Of a DNA stretch of 64,000 nucleotides, positions 1-13,406 are shown piece by piece (position 1 is the first letter of the stretch; every line of letters begins with the position of its first letter). The position numbers and the translations under genes were made by a program. The notes beneath the pieces are model-generated. The model did not search any database, had not been told where the DNA came from, and saw only the letters and a list, made by a program, of their open reading frames with translations. The stretch covers positions 82,121-146,120 of the forward strand of contig ADNK01003302.1 of assembly GCA_000320545.1 (NCBI GenBank), written 5' to 3'. This stretch comes from Bigelowiella natans CCMP2755 (lineage: Eukaryota; Protista; Cercozoa).

Positions 1-3000
1 CTTCTGCTAGCACCTTCCTTGACCACTTGGGGTCTCGAGAATTAAGCTCAGCCATCAGCTCTCTGCAGATGTCCTTGGAGCTTTGCATTTGGACATTATC
101 ATCTAATGTGGGAAGCTCTTCCTCCTCCTCCTCCTCTTCCTTGTGCTCTTCTTCACCGTTGTTGTTGTTGTTGTTGTTGTTGTTGTCCAAATAGAACTGC
201 TGTGACAGCGTTTGCAGCGATCCAGGAGTCGGAAATGTAAGAAACATCGCAATTACCTCTGCCCACATCTTCTTTGGTAATTTCTGGTGTGCAGCCTTGG
301 TAGTGCCGTTTCGCGTCGAGACGACCTTGAGGTCAAGCATAGCCATAATATCTTTCATCACACTCCCCGAGAAACTGTGAAAAAAGATAGTACTCATTGC
401 ACCGATACAACAGACCAACGCCAAAACGACATCATCAGCACTGCTACTTACTACTACTACTACTACTACTACTACAACTGATTATAATACTAATATCAGT
501 GATGACAGATTACGAAGAGACATTACGTGCCTCTATCACATTTTCCTCCTCCTCCCACATATTTGCTGATATGATTAGGCATTATCTTTCCCTCCACCCC
601 CCCCCCCTCTTCCACCACATAATCTCTTATTAAACTACTTTCCTACCCAGATTGCGACTTATCTGACTCTATGCCTCGAACCAGACGGAGGTACAACTCT
701 GCGACTGTTTCCTTCCATTTGGCTCTCTCCTCATCGCTAGAGTTATCTGTTGGAGCCTTGATGTCGGGGTACTCAGTAGCAACACCTGCCCAGGCTTCTA
801 CTTTCGGTTGAACAGTATTCTCATTGAACCCCCCACCACCTCCTCCATAGAGGAGGGCATGCAGTCTGCTCTTTGTTGCTAAATGTACTGCTCTGAATCT
901 TCCCCTGAAGCCTTCAATGTCTCCTAGTGTGAAACCTGGCAGCATCTGCACCTCAATAACCCTTGCCAGTCGCTTTTGTATCATATTATTTTTGGTGTTG
1001 CAGTTAATGCCGATTCTCGCAAATTGGTCAGGCCGAAGCTCTCCAATAAGCTGGTTCAAGGCAGCAGAATGATGATGATGTATTGAGTTATTATTATCTT
1101 CTATTTGCATTGTTTCGAATGATGCTGCACCCCCTAGAGCTTCCTGCTGAGCTTCTTCTTCTTCTTCTTCTTCTTCTTCTTCTTCTTCTTCTTCCATCGT
1201 CAAATCAACCATATCTTCCTCCATTTCGTTAGGGATCAGCCATTTCTTTACTTTTTGTGCTGAGTGAAGCGTGAGCGTATCGTCGTTCCATTGAATTTCG
1301 TAAGATCTCCTCACTTTCCTTAGCACTCTACCTGCCATCAGCTTTCCCTTTCTCTCATGCTGCACTGTTCTGCCAATGGGATCATCGTCATCATATGTCG
1401 TTCCATAGCCACTACTTTCCGACTGTTGGCGGTTCATCATGAGTTGATCTGCTTGTTTTTGCTGTTTCGACTGCTCGGCAAATACAGAGCTCTGGGCTAA
1501 AGCGACATTTGTGCCCTGGTTTGAGGCCTTGTAGTGCTTTTGGCAAGAGGGGCTGCAGAGGATGAAGCATGCCTGCTTAGGGTGAATTTGTCCCATGTTG
1601 ATGAACCTCTTGCACTTGTTAGTGATGTGATCTTGTGCGTAATTACTTAGATGATCTTCGCAGTAGGCAGTAGGACACATCTCGCAACGGAAGAGCATTC
1701 CTCCAACTGCAGCAGCCTTACGAAAGCAAACACTGCATGAATGCGATGGACATGTCCACTTGCCCATCACTTCTTTTGGGTCACCACCAAGACAATCGAG
1801 ATGATACGCAGCAGGACAGAAGTCGCAGCAAATGAGAGAACCACCATCCCAGCAGTTCATGCATACAGCCATGTGATCATAGTCACGCCCTGCAACTTGC
1901 CTCCCTGTGTGCAGACTGTACGCCGCAGCAGCCGAAGAGTTGTTGTTGTTGGTGTCCTCCTTTGCCTCTCTTTCTAATACAGAAGGTTCACCATCCTTCA
2001 TACTGTACATGTTTTGCTTGGATACTTGGTATCCATCGACGGTTACGAATCGTGACTTCCGGTTTCTTACAGATCCACGTTTCTTAACATCTTCTGCCCA
2101 TGCGAGAGCGATATCCTTCATCGACGAGTTATTCTTCAATGTGCTATAGTCTAGTCCCTCGAATAGCTGCATTGCTCTCATAGGTGCTACGTCATTGAAT
2201 TTTGCAACAGTGGAGAGCTGGTCTTTTTGTAGCGAGGAGGTTTGCCTTTTTATGGTTTCTGTTGATGCTGCAACTTTCTCGTCCTCCTTCTTCTCCTCCT
2301 CCTCCTGCTGCTTCTTCTTCTTCTTCGCGGGATCTACGCGCTCTATGAGCTCTTCGATGTCTTCTTTCGATAGGTATCTAGTAGCATTATTGTCTACAGC
2401 ATCGCTATTCTTGCTCAGCACACGGTCTATACCGAAGGTCAGAGCTTCAAAAATCTCCTTTGTGCCCATCTTATCCATTTTCTGTGCTTGCGATGTGGAG
2501 CCTCTATTTACCATAGAATCCAAGAATAACTTCTTCTGCGCCCTCTCCACCACTCTTTCCTCCATAGTGCCTTCGCATATAAAGCGATAAACATGCACAA
2601 TCTTCTTTTGGCCAATACGGTGGCATCGAGCCATAGCCTGCATATCGACTTGCGGATTCCAGTCCGAATCCAGCAGAATCACTGTATCTGCAGTTTGAAG
2701 ATTCACTCCTAACCCGCCAGCTCTTGTTGTCATGATAAACGCAAAGTATGGAGAGTTCGGTTTGTTGAATTCCTGTATATCTATCATTCTTTGTACGCGA
2801 TTTGTAGCGCCATCCAAGCGTGCAAACTCGTAGTTACGCATCCTCAAGTAGTCATCAACAATGTCCAAGAACCTGGTAAACTGGGAAAAGATCACAACTC
2901 GATGGCCCTTTGCTTTTAAGGCAGAGAGGAGGCGGTCAAGATTTTCCATCTTCCCTGATGCTTGGACTATGCTCTCATCGCACGTCATGTCCATGGCAGC

Positions 3001-5005
3001 ACCACGGATAGAGTCTTCTGCCCCTGCAAATAGAAAGGGATGGCAGCAGCATTTGCGTAATTGCATCATGAGAGACTTGAGCCTCTTCCAATCTGACCCC
3101 CTTTCATCTTCATCTTTGGCCATTTGATTCTTTGCACCTCCTCCCTCTTCACCGCCAACCCGCATCAACGTTGCCTTGTTCTTCAGAAGCAGCCGCTTAT
3201 ACCAGAATCTTTGCATATCAGACAGCGGGCACATAACCTTTGTCTCAATGCGAGGGGGAAGCAGTTTTTCTACTTCTGTTTTTAATCTTCGCAGCATAAA
3301 TGGCCTAAGCATATAGTGGGCTTTCTCGAGCATTTCTCGATTAATTTGAATCTCAGATGCATTCAATTCGAAAGCAGATTCAAATGGAGTCATATCGGTG
3401 AAACTTTCCGGATGTAGGTAATACAGAAGACCCCATAGTTCTCGCAGATTATTTTGGAGGGGGGTTCCTGTAAGCAGCAGTATTAATTCAGACTGAATTT
3501 TTTTCATTGCTATGGAAATGGCCGCCTCGTGATTTTTGACTCTGTGCCCCTCATCAAGGGCTACAACTCGCCAGGAGATTCGAGAGGCTAAGCATGCACG
3601 CATCTCGGGAACCTTGACGAGATCATACGTTGTCAAGATAACATCGTATTTTCCCACATCTGCACTTATAGACTTTCTCAGCCGTTCCCTTTCGGCCCTG
3701 TCTGCGCTGTGGAGTCTAACAACACGCATTGAAGGGCACCAACGACGAAACTCATTCAGCCATGCACTCAACACGGAAAGGGGTACTACGACTAGGTGGG
3801 GTCCAGATATTCCTCTTTCCTTTAGTGCAGCAAGAAATGATATTGTCTGCAATGTCTTTCCAAGACCCATCTCATCTCCCAGGATCATGTTCGTGTTGTT
3901 CCGATACATGTAGAGCATCCACTGCGAAGAAGAGACGAGAGAGGTGAAACATCAAACACAAGTCAGCACGTGAAGGGAAAGCAATCTCAACATATTGATG
4001 ATCATGATGGAATCTACCTCTAATCCTTTGAGTTGATAAGGCCTCAGTTTGCCATAAATAATAGATTGCGGCTGCTCGACACGTGCCTCTGCTTCAAGAT
4101 CAACAGTAGCTAAGCGCATATCCTCGATCTCAACCTCTGAAAGCTTCGGCAGTTTGTTCAGAACCTGCCATGGGGAGTAAATTTTCAAGCGTACTGTCCA
4201 TTGCGAGAAAGATAAGACATGATTATTACCTTCAAGGGAACGAAGGGTTCGATTAGGTGTTTGTGGAAAGCCATAAACTTCGCTCGTTTTTTTCGCATTT
4301 CTTCACGAGTACTCTTCATTTTATTGTTATGTAACTGCCGGGCTGAAGGAGGTTGCTTCTTTTTCGGTTTAGAGCGTTGTTGTCTCTTCTTCTCGGCCAT
4401 TTCTCTGGCAAGTTGCTGTAATATATACCCACAATTAGAACAGTGACAGTCATATTACATTGTTTATCACCTCCTGCTTACGATTCTGCTCCTTTAGTAT
4501 TCGTTGTTGATCCTTTTCTAGAGCCATCCGAGCATCTTCTGCGATTTTAATAGCCTTCTTCTTTGCTTCATAATAGGATTCCTTCATTTCCCTACTACGC
4601 TTTTCATAAACTTCTCGTTCTTTTTCATTGAGCGCCCTCCAAAGTTCAGCCATTTTTTTCATGAATTGAGAACCAAAATTTTTTGTATCTGGATTGGACC
4701 TCTTTTCCGCACAAAATAGTTGGAAGCTGGTCTGGGGCTTTGGATGTGCTACTTCTACTTTGGCAAACTTTCGGCCCTCATGCTGGTAAATACTGGATTC
4801 TCCATCTTCCAGGCTGTAGTCGTTGAGCTTCAAAACGGTGTGTTCTACATACGTTAGGATTCAGAGAATAATCATATAAATGGGAAAGAAAAGTATCAAA
4901 ACCTCCATAATGGACGTAGCGGGTCTTTCGTTGGCGCTTGCTCCTTCGAACATCATCTACATTCTCGTCAGTCGATATGTTCTTACGACTTCTCGAGGAC
5001 GACAT
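1..5005 (-). CDS. SNF2/ISWI-like chromatin-remodeling ATPase with N-terminal HMG box, NSD-type PHD fingers and a C-terminal DEK-like region; multi-exon, 3' end runs off the window
   Basis: ORF 643-3918 carries SNF2 motifs (ILGDEMGLGKT, DEGH, TGTPLQNNL, TTRAGGLGVNL, QAMARCHRIGQ) and tandem PHD-type Cys/His motifs. HMG box (PKPQTSFQLFCAEKR...MAELWRALNEKEREVY) lies in the exon at ~4470-4846. ATG at 5005. A GT donor at 646 splices in frame to an AG acceptor at 375, and the frame stays open to base 1. Confidence 0.9.
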
Positions 5006-5948
5006 TTTGCCGGACGGAGTCCAAGAATTTCCAAATCCTTCGTCCACAGACTTAGCCTATTAATCGAACCTTCCTTTTATTTTCAAGATGGTTGGATTTG
5101 GATAGCTAGCAACGATGAGCAGCAGCGAGTATAAGCGTGATAGCTTGGACGCGCGCAACTGGATGTTATAAGCACTGAAGACGTTCTACAACCAAATAAT
5201 ACTTTGCACTCTCTTCATCCGAACGCCATCTGTTTCTGTACTACGACATAGCATTGCTACCACATACATGTATGCAACTCGATCAAGTTTTGTTCCCGTT
5301 TTTTTTCGGTTTGAGAAAAAGCCAGTGCAGCAGTTGTCGCAAGTTGTTGTGTTGTGTTGCAAATCCGAAAACCTAACTTCCTGGATTCAAATACCCCCTT
5401 CGTGAATTTTCCCACTTTTGCATTCTAGTCTAATCTTTTCGGCATTTATTTCCGCGTGCCGCAAGAGTTAGACCAGACCAAAAGCCATAATTTTGGTTAT
5501 GGATTAAAGTGTAGTGTATTCTTAGTCTGCTTTGTGCGATTATGTAGTCGTACCATAAAAATATACGGCATTATAGTTGCCGGTAAAATCCTAGTAAACA
5601 CAGGAATGGCTCCCGACGCCGTTAGCTGAGAGCAAGCTGGAAAATCGAGTACATGCCGTGTTTGAAGTTCAATATATGTTTGGAGTTCGATTCCTGAGGC
5701 GTTGTTGTTTCGTATGACGTTGCTTTGTTGAACCTAATTGGTCCTTGACATCACAAGAAACATTTTCTATCGTATGTGAATAACACGGAATACAATTGAA
5801 CATTGACCTCTAATCAATGACGACAAGCTGTGTTCCATATAGTCTCTATCTCACTTTCTTTTCTATAGCTTTCTTCTAGTTGAGTCCCTTAATTTTGATT
5901 TTCTCCCTAGCGAAGGATGAATAAGAAAATTATATTAACCCCACAGGC

Positions 5949-7484
5949 ATGTCTCGGGGACTCGGTGTAAATGGCACGAGAAGGAATGCATGGAGATTAA
6001 TCTCGATGGCTTGGGTGACGGCGCTTTCATTTGCGGCACTCTTAGTTCCTGATTTGGTTTCAAGAATCGATGAATCCCCCCAGTTAAAGCGAAAAAGTGA
6101 CACTTGGAAAAGGGGGTGTGGTAGCGCATCATGGCCTAACCAGAGAGGAGCACATTCACTGGCATTAGTTCTTTCTAATTCAAATGCTGGTGAACACCTG
6201 ACGCCTAGGCTTGCAGTTAATATTTTGCGCGGAGGAATGGATCCGAGCGATGTTATAGATATAACGGCCCGCAACAAGTCAGATCTGAACCCGTTGCATG
6301 AATTTGGCCCCGCACGAACAAAACGATACCGCTCAAAAAGGCTGGTTGCAAGTACAAAGTCAGGCTCTTCAGGTGGACAACAAGTCAAGAAGAAAAAAAA
6401 GAAGAGAAGGTATGCACTCTCTAATGAAGAGCGTAAAGAACGTATTTTGAGCACATGTGAAGAGCTGAAGGAGCATAATCGGGCAGTTCGACGGAATAGA
6501 TCGAGAGAGATTAGGCAACAAATCGATGATATGGCAAAGCAAGTCCCAGACCCCCCTCAGCATGAGGTGGACAAAATAAATCTTCGGTATAGTCTCACTA
6601 ACAAGCAGGAAAAGCTATTGAGGGAAAACAAGATTCTAAATTGCACGTTGAAAAGATTTCATGAGATGGATCTATGCCAATTGAAGCAATGGTAACTTGA
6701 GATAGATTCTTCCTTTTTTAACTTCATAATCCCGTGGAATTGTTTCTGAAAATCATTTGTACTCTACCTGTCAACCCTAACTCTAACTAGCCCCTCCCCC
6801 TATGATACACTCATTGTTTCGCTTATACTTAAAAATACCTGTTCCTCTTACTTATATGCCCCCCCCCAAAGGTTGGAAGCAGCAGGGTACAATCCAAAGA
6901 TGCCTCCGCATAAACTGAAGACAGGGGCAGGAATCTTCAAAATACCATCGAAACGACTCTTGCTGGAGAGTGGGACAGTTTATCTGTAAGTCTTACTTCC
7001 CGAAGCTCTCTTCTGTTCAAAAAGTACGGTTTGATATGAACAAATAACTTGTAATTTATTTAAGGTTTAAGCTGAAGAGACAAATACTGAAACGGCGTGA
7101 GGAATTGGCCTCTCAGCGACATCCATCGTGGTGGGAAAATGGCACGATTTTTAATCCTGCTGATTGGGAGGTAGGAAATCATTTCAGTAGTACTGCTCGG
7201 TCCTTTTTTTGTGTCAATTACGCCTCATTATTTTTGTTGTTCATATATACCAGCTACCCAAACTGAATAGATGGGTTAGAAACAAGAAAATAAGAGAAGA
7301 GGGCTTGGAATACGGAGAAGCCCCAGATTGTAGCCGCCATGCATCTTTCCTAGGAGATTTTACTTTGTATCACCCAAATCGGGAATCTCTACCTGAAGAA
7401 GAATTACAATGGAGCATGGACTACGAAGGGAAGAGGAAGAAGAAGAAGAAAAAGACGAAATCAAACACAGTTGCGAACGCATAA
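5949..7484 (+). CDS. Hypothetical protein with signal-peptide-like N-terminus, ILRGG motif and poly-Lys stretches (about 4 exons)
   Basis: 248-aa first exon ends at a GT donor (6692). Further AG/GT-bounded exons lie at ~6872-6985, ~7065-7170 and ~7253-7484. No family recognised. Confidence 0.65.
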
Positions 7485-8319
7485 ATGGAAAAACAAAGGG
7501 AGGGCAAACGCAGGAAATATGTAAATACATGTTACTCAATTTAGTTCAGCATCGGCAGAATTTAAACGTACGAGTGTTGCGAATTCGATGTTAAAATCAA
7601 ATGCATTTGCAAGTCCACATACCTGCTGTTTGTAAAGTCTAATATAGGTTGTTTTGATGTCGAACGATTGTGCAAAGAGCAATGCATTTGTACGTGGATC
7701 ATTATCGATCGAGGCTTCTCACTAGCATAGCACAATAAATGGTCTACACCTGCTAGATAAAAGCACACACACACAAATCTACATATACGCTGCTACATCT
7801 AGACATGTATGTATGCACATGCAGCTAGCATGTGCTATCTCTAGATCTGCTACTGGTTGCACACGTTGGATGTCTATGTGTTATTGCATCCCAACGTACA
7901 TTGCTGCTGCACGCTCATCGCGTCCAACAATGAATCGAACGCGAGCTAGCTAGCGAGTATGCATGGCATGAGTGAGTAACATGACTATCAGAGATTTGGC
8001 AATTCTATTTTCTTCAGTATATCCGTCACTGTTAAAGTCACTCCGTACGTCACATGCTAGCATGAACAACATCTCGATCGATACGATCAAGATCTAGATG
8101 ACGTACAGCACCGTACATATGCTAGATATGCCGTATAACCGTACACCAGCAATGCCATCGATCATGAATCGAAACGATGATGAGACGAAACGACTATGTA
8201 AATTAAATGAAGCTGAAAAAGGCGAAAGAGGCACGGACCGCTGCGCGTAGCGCACGCTAGCACGACATCGACGACAGGATGCAGATGCTTTCAAATGCAT
8301 AAAACAAATCATCATAAAC

Positions 8320-8428
8320 GAGACAAAATAGACACAACCTAAGCGCTGCAGCCGCTGCTTTGCATAGCTACATTAGGATGGCTATTGAAAAGATTTAATA
8401 TCACTTCATTACATCCGTCTCACATGCC
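8320..8428 (+). repeat. Dispersed ~110-bp intergenic repeat, copy A
   Basis: Shares AGCGCTGCAGCCGC...CATTRGGATG...ATTGAAA...CATTRCAWCCGTCTCAYATGC with copies at ~21267 (reverse strand), ~37038 and ~37172. Confidence 0.7.
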
Positions 8429-8527
8429 GTACCGCGCTACAATGCAATGTATCTGCTAGCTAGATCTTGAGATATATGCTTACATATCTAGATATATACA
8501 CACTACACGCACATACGCCACACATGC

Positions 8528-8586
<59 letters not shown>

Positions 8587-8846
8587 CATGTACACACATA
8601 TAGAGTTAAAGAGCTACACCAAACATCAGACATTGAGACATCGAGTGGCGGATTTAAAAATCACTGGCGGAGTAGAAATCTGCTGGCGATGGGATTGCAT
8701 TAGCCAGACTTCATGTTCCGTCACTAGGCATGCAAATGTTACAAGATATCGGTGGAAGTTTAATCATCAAACGCAGTAAGAAAAGTAACGCTTCTTTACT
8801 GTACGGCAAGTGTTCAGTCATCATTACCACAAAACGACTAGTAACA

Positions 8847-9416
8847 TCATAACTCTGATCCTATAGATTGTGCTGGAGCTCCATTCTGACCAGAAGCAAC
8901 AGGTGCTCCTCCCGCAGGTGATGATGTTGTGACAACAACACCAGATGTAATTCGCATACGTGGATCAGCATCTCGGCGGCCCACGTCACTGCTCTTCAGG
9001 AAGCAGTAACCTTCGAGCTGTGTAAATAATGCATCATCATCTTGTTCATTATCATCATCATTATCATCATTATGATTGATCATCTTGATGGATTCTCATA
9101 GTGAACAAGTTCTCAAAATAATGCACATTAGGGTTACATCAGATTAATACACGAACACAATCTTCAATCATCATCACTGCTGTCATCATCATCATCATCA
9201 TCATCACCACCACAATTCCACACTTCACTGTTAGTACGTACATCCTCTGCGCTAGTAGATTCCATGAAAGTGAAGCCTTTGCAGTCATCAGCGGCGGCAC
9301 AATAGTCACAACATGCCTGAAGGGAGAAGACAGATATGAGATGTGTCAGAACATATTGCTATGAGAATCACAAGATTAAATTCACCACTACCACCCCACC
9401 ATAAATACTACTACTG

Positions 9417-9447
<31 letters not shown>

Positions 9448-10373
9448 CTGCCTATCCTTTCTTCTTATGGTTCCCGAGGGGAGATCATGGGATGAGAAAT
9501 CAACATCCTTCTGCAGGAAGAAAGAAGACGAGGAACAGAAAGAAGAGGATAGAAGTATCAATCACAACAACGATAATAAGTAAGTGTTGTTTTTGCCTCC
9601 TCCTCCTCCTCCTCCTCCTCCTCCTTCTCCTCCCCCCCCCTCACTAGTGACACATTGCTGATAAATATGTTGTCCACCTCGAACGAACATGTCGCTGATG
9701 GAAGATCTTGGCTTAGAGAAGGACGCCGCGCGCCGCTTCTTTGTCCTCCACTCTGGCCACCCCCAGCTTTGGCATTAAGAGCTTGTACAGCCTAACGGAA
9801 ATGAGAGCGGCGACATTAATTTGAAGTGAATAACTGAGATTGTACCACATCCACTTCACCTCTCCACACCATCATCATCACCATCACCAGCACCATCATC
9901 ACTAATATGACCTCTTCTCGCTGTGCATCCGTTATGGTTCCCGACACAATTCCCATTGCAGGGTCTGTGGGGACTTTATTAGCGACTGCAGATTTAGGAT
10001 AGCAAGTACCCTGCTGCTGCTGCTGCTGCTGTGAGGATCCAGACTCTGATGATGAATCTTGGCCCGGCTTGAAGGTGTAACCCTGCACAAGAAGAAGTAG
10101 AAGAAAAAGAAAAAAAAAATCATCGTCAATATGATGATTTCATCAGGTAGTAGTAAGACGAGTTGCGTGCATTTGTTCATGTTTAACATCATCCGATGAT
10201 GGCTATCACAATACATCCCACCGTCGATTCATCTTAGCTATTCTTAACTTACCGCACACTGGGGAATGATTGTGCACACGCCGCAACATGCCTCTTTACT
10301 TGCAACTCTCGAGACCCCCTGGAATGTCCAACAAACGAGTAGAGATGATGGCGAACATTTGATACACACACAT

Positions 10374-10405
<32 letters not shown>

Positions 10406-12609
10406 CGCATAATTTTTAAGGTGTGTGTGTGTGTGTGTGTGTGTGGATATATTATCTAATTTATGAACACCCCAATGCTATCAACACCAACAAATAATGA
10501 TGGTGAAAGTGACAATGATCAATAGGGCAGCAGTGGCGGCAGCAGCAGCAGCAGCAGGAGCATCACTGATCAGCAGCATATACCTACCTCCTCTATTGTT
10601 CCTCCGTAAAAATCTACGTTATGTTGGAACTTCTCGCTCGCAGGGCACAACTCTACGGGAAATAATAAGTGACGATAGTAGTTACATGTAGTATATATAT
10701 TCTAGTTATATGCTTGCAACTAATATGAGGAGGACATGTTCGTCGTATTATATCGTGTAAAATAATTTAGGATTTTACAAATATTGTCACAAAAACGATT
10801 ATTTACGCAGTGCTTTTTAATCAAATCAAACAGAAACAGTGTCAGTTCTTGTAATACTATGTGCAGTAGCAGCAGCATACCAGGTAATTTCTTCTCAGCT
10901 TCCTCGAGCGTTGTTTTCGCCTCCTATTAAAATTGGATAAATTACAGCCGTGCTGTATGTGTTGTGTGTTGTGCGTTGTGCGTGTGGTGCCTATGTATGA
11001 TATTGTGTTTCAAGGATTCATCGCAACAACTAGGCAACAACAAAACAGCAGTATAAGTGTTCAGGACTAGGAGAAAGGTGCATTTGCAGACCATGCACTT
11101 CTTTATTGCACTGTGAGTCGTCTCAATTAACGCCTTCGCATCAGCGCCCGGTAGCTGGCCTACGTACGTATAGTGTATATATTCTAAAACGACGACGATA
11201 TCTCTTATCATCATCATCATCATCTTTACACTGGGAAGCAACGCAACCGACCGACAGCAGAAAGCAGCATGTGCAAGAAGAAGAAGAAGATGATAATGAT
11301 GATGATGATGATGTAAAAAAGGAGGAAGTATAAATCGGCACGCACCGATTATAATTTTGATAAAAACAAAATAATAAGATACCCATGGGTTCAGCGCGAC
11401 ATAGGAAGAGGAATGTTGGCAGCCCTTGAACGCCTTCAGCCAAGCTGCAAGAGGGTACGACAGGGAACAAAGAAAGTAGTAACAATGATTTCCCATTATC
11501 ACTACATATGGCATGAAGGATTCCATGTTGTTACACGTTGTCGTCTATGCGTGCTCTATATTGATTGATGCTCCTCTTCACCTTGGAAGGCGTTGCGCAT
11601 TGATCTTGAGGAAAGTGGCAAATTCGTGATATTCCTGAGCCAACCGCCTGTGGAATCGTTCGCCACACGAAGTAGAGGATAAAAGAGTAGGAGGAGGAGG
11701 AGGAGGAGGAGGAGGATGAACAAGAGAGGGGAAAAGGGAAAGAAAATGAGTAAGATGGGAGGAGAAATAAAGAAAGTAATTCAACAACTGATGATGGCGA
11801 GAAACAAAGTCGCGTCAAAACAAGAAAAGAAATGATCGATAAAAAAAAAAGGGAAAAAAAGCTTCTATTTTGAAGTTTGCGCTTGCGATTCTCCAACTTC
11901 GCCGTGGTAATTTTTCAGAATTTGCACAACAACAATTTGATATTACTCATAGAGGGGCGCGATCTGCACGCAGTAGGGGCAATTTGGCCCGTAGAAATCA
12001 ATGACTACGGTATCGTGTGTTGTCTCGTTCTTGAAGAGAGCAACTAAATGCTCCGCGCTTAAAACCTACAGCAAATTATTCCAACACTCAACGTAAATAT
12101 TTCAATGTATAAATATATACTACAGTTGTCCGCATGAATCATCATTAACATTGTACATCATGCATGTTTGCAAGGGCCTAGCCCCTTACAATGTTGAAAT
12201 AATTGTTGACCTCGTGTGTGAAGGACTCTTGGACAGCACTAGACGATCTACCTGCACCAACATTACCATTCTCCTGGTTATTTCCACGTCCAAACTTCCA
12301 CCACGGACCTCCCAACTGTTGCTCCTGTTTATTATAAGGATGTGTTCAATGTGTTACTGCGGAAGAGCTCATAGGGCCCATCACAACACCATGCACTAAT
12401 AACTATGAGAATGCTCTTTGTTCATTTAAATCTAATCATTGTCAACTTTTCAGGACTACACTGGAAGAGATACAGAGAATTGCGTTTACCCGAAAGGATG
12501 CTGCCAAAATCATCATCACTCCAATGCAGAATAGCAGCGACTTGGTGCAGGTTGGGGTGAACCAGGTCCTCCTCCGTATGGTAGAGGAGGGAGGAACTAG
12601 GAGAGGCAT
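8847..12609 (-). CDS. Thioredoxin (CPYC) domain fused to two PAN/Apple domains, with an N-terminal signal/transit-like leader and a C-terminal GSEL; many short exons
   Basis: Manual splicing gives MPLLVPP...LLFCIGVMMILAASFR|EQQLGG...|VLSAEHL...VVIDFYGPNCPYCVQIAPLYE|RLAQEYHEFATFLKIN...|GVQGLPTFLFL...|GQLPGADAKAL, then PAN1 (NVDFYGG...ACCGVC...QCAGYTF...CYPKS) and PAN2 (DVDFSSHD...ACCDYC...DCKGFTF...CFLKS). The CPYC exon (11947-12065) is absent from the ORF track. Confidence 0.85.
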
Positions 12610-13406
12610 ATCTAATGTTCAGAAATACAAGCCTATTTAAGACTTCCTGGTTAAGATGAAATTCCTTCACCTCCCGCATCTTCCCATACCCACACCACAC
12701 ATACACACAGGCGCGCTGCAGAGGCTCAGGAGAATGGAAGTCGCTCCTTCCTCGAAAACAGAAGTTGAAAATATTGCATATAATTCACTCCGGCTGAAAA
12801 CGATCTCTCATGCGCCGAAACCTCGCTCTCGGATGTTCGAGCGGGGGGGGGTTAAAACCTGCAGTGGTACTCATTTGTAAGTCTTAAATGTGCGCTGTGA
12901 ATCGGCTCCAGACCGAAGCAACGTGAAGCAAGAAACGTTAAAAATCAATTGTATTATGGATATCATACAAAGATTCGCCTGTATTTTTAAAACGTTGCTT
13001 CTTCCCGGGACCATCCAATCGGAGCCTAAGCGAAACGAGCCGGCGAAGGTTGATCTCAGATCAAAACAATCTCGATAAATTCCATTGAGTATGCTGTTTA
13101 TCCTGGCAAAATATGCTACGTCAATTGAAGCACAAATAATCTTGGTTTTATCAGGAAGTCCTTTTTCCACGCACAACCAAATGTTCATCTGAGATACGAT
13201 ACTTTCGGTGGAATTCTGAAATCCAGAGACTCTCCGGGGATGAAGATAGGTATGGTAATACCCGATATTTTTCGGGTATTACCTACAAAGAAATTCACTT
13301 CTTTTCTGAGCCCCGAAGGAGGGAAGGGGAGAAAACAGAAAGGAGGAGACCAGAGAAAAGAAAGAGAGCGGAAAAGAGAAAGAGAGACGTCACTCCTGCA
13401 TAAAAG

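Noticed and set aside
1741-3947. Plus-strand ORFs overlapping the SNF2 gene (likewise those opposite ILV3 and DPYD)
   Set aside because: Antisense shadows of long coding exons.
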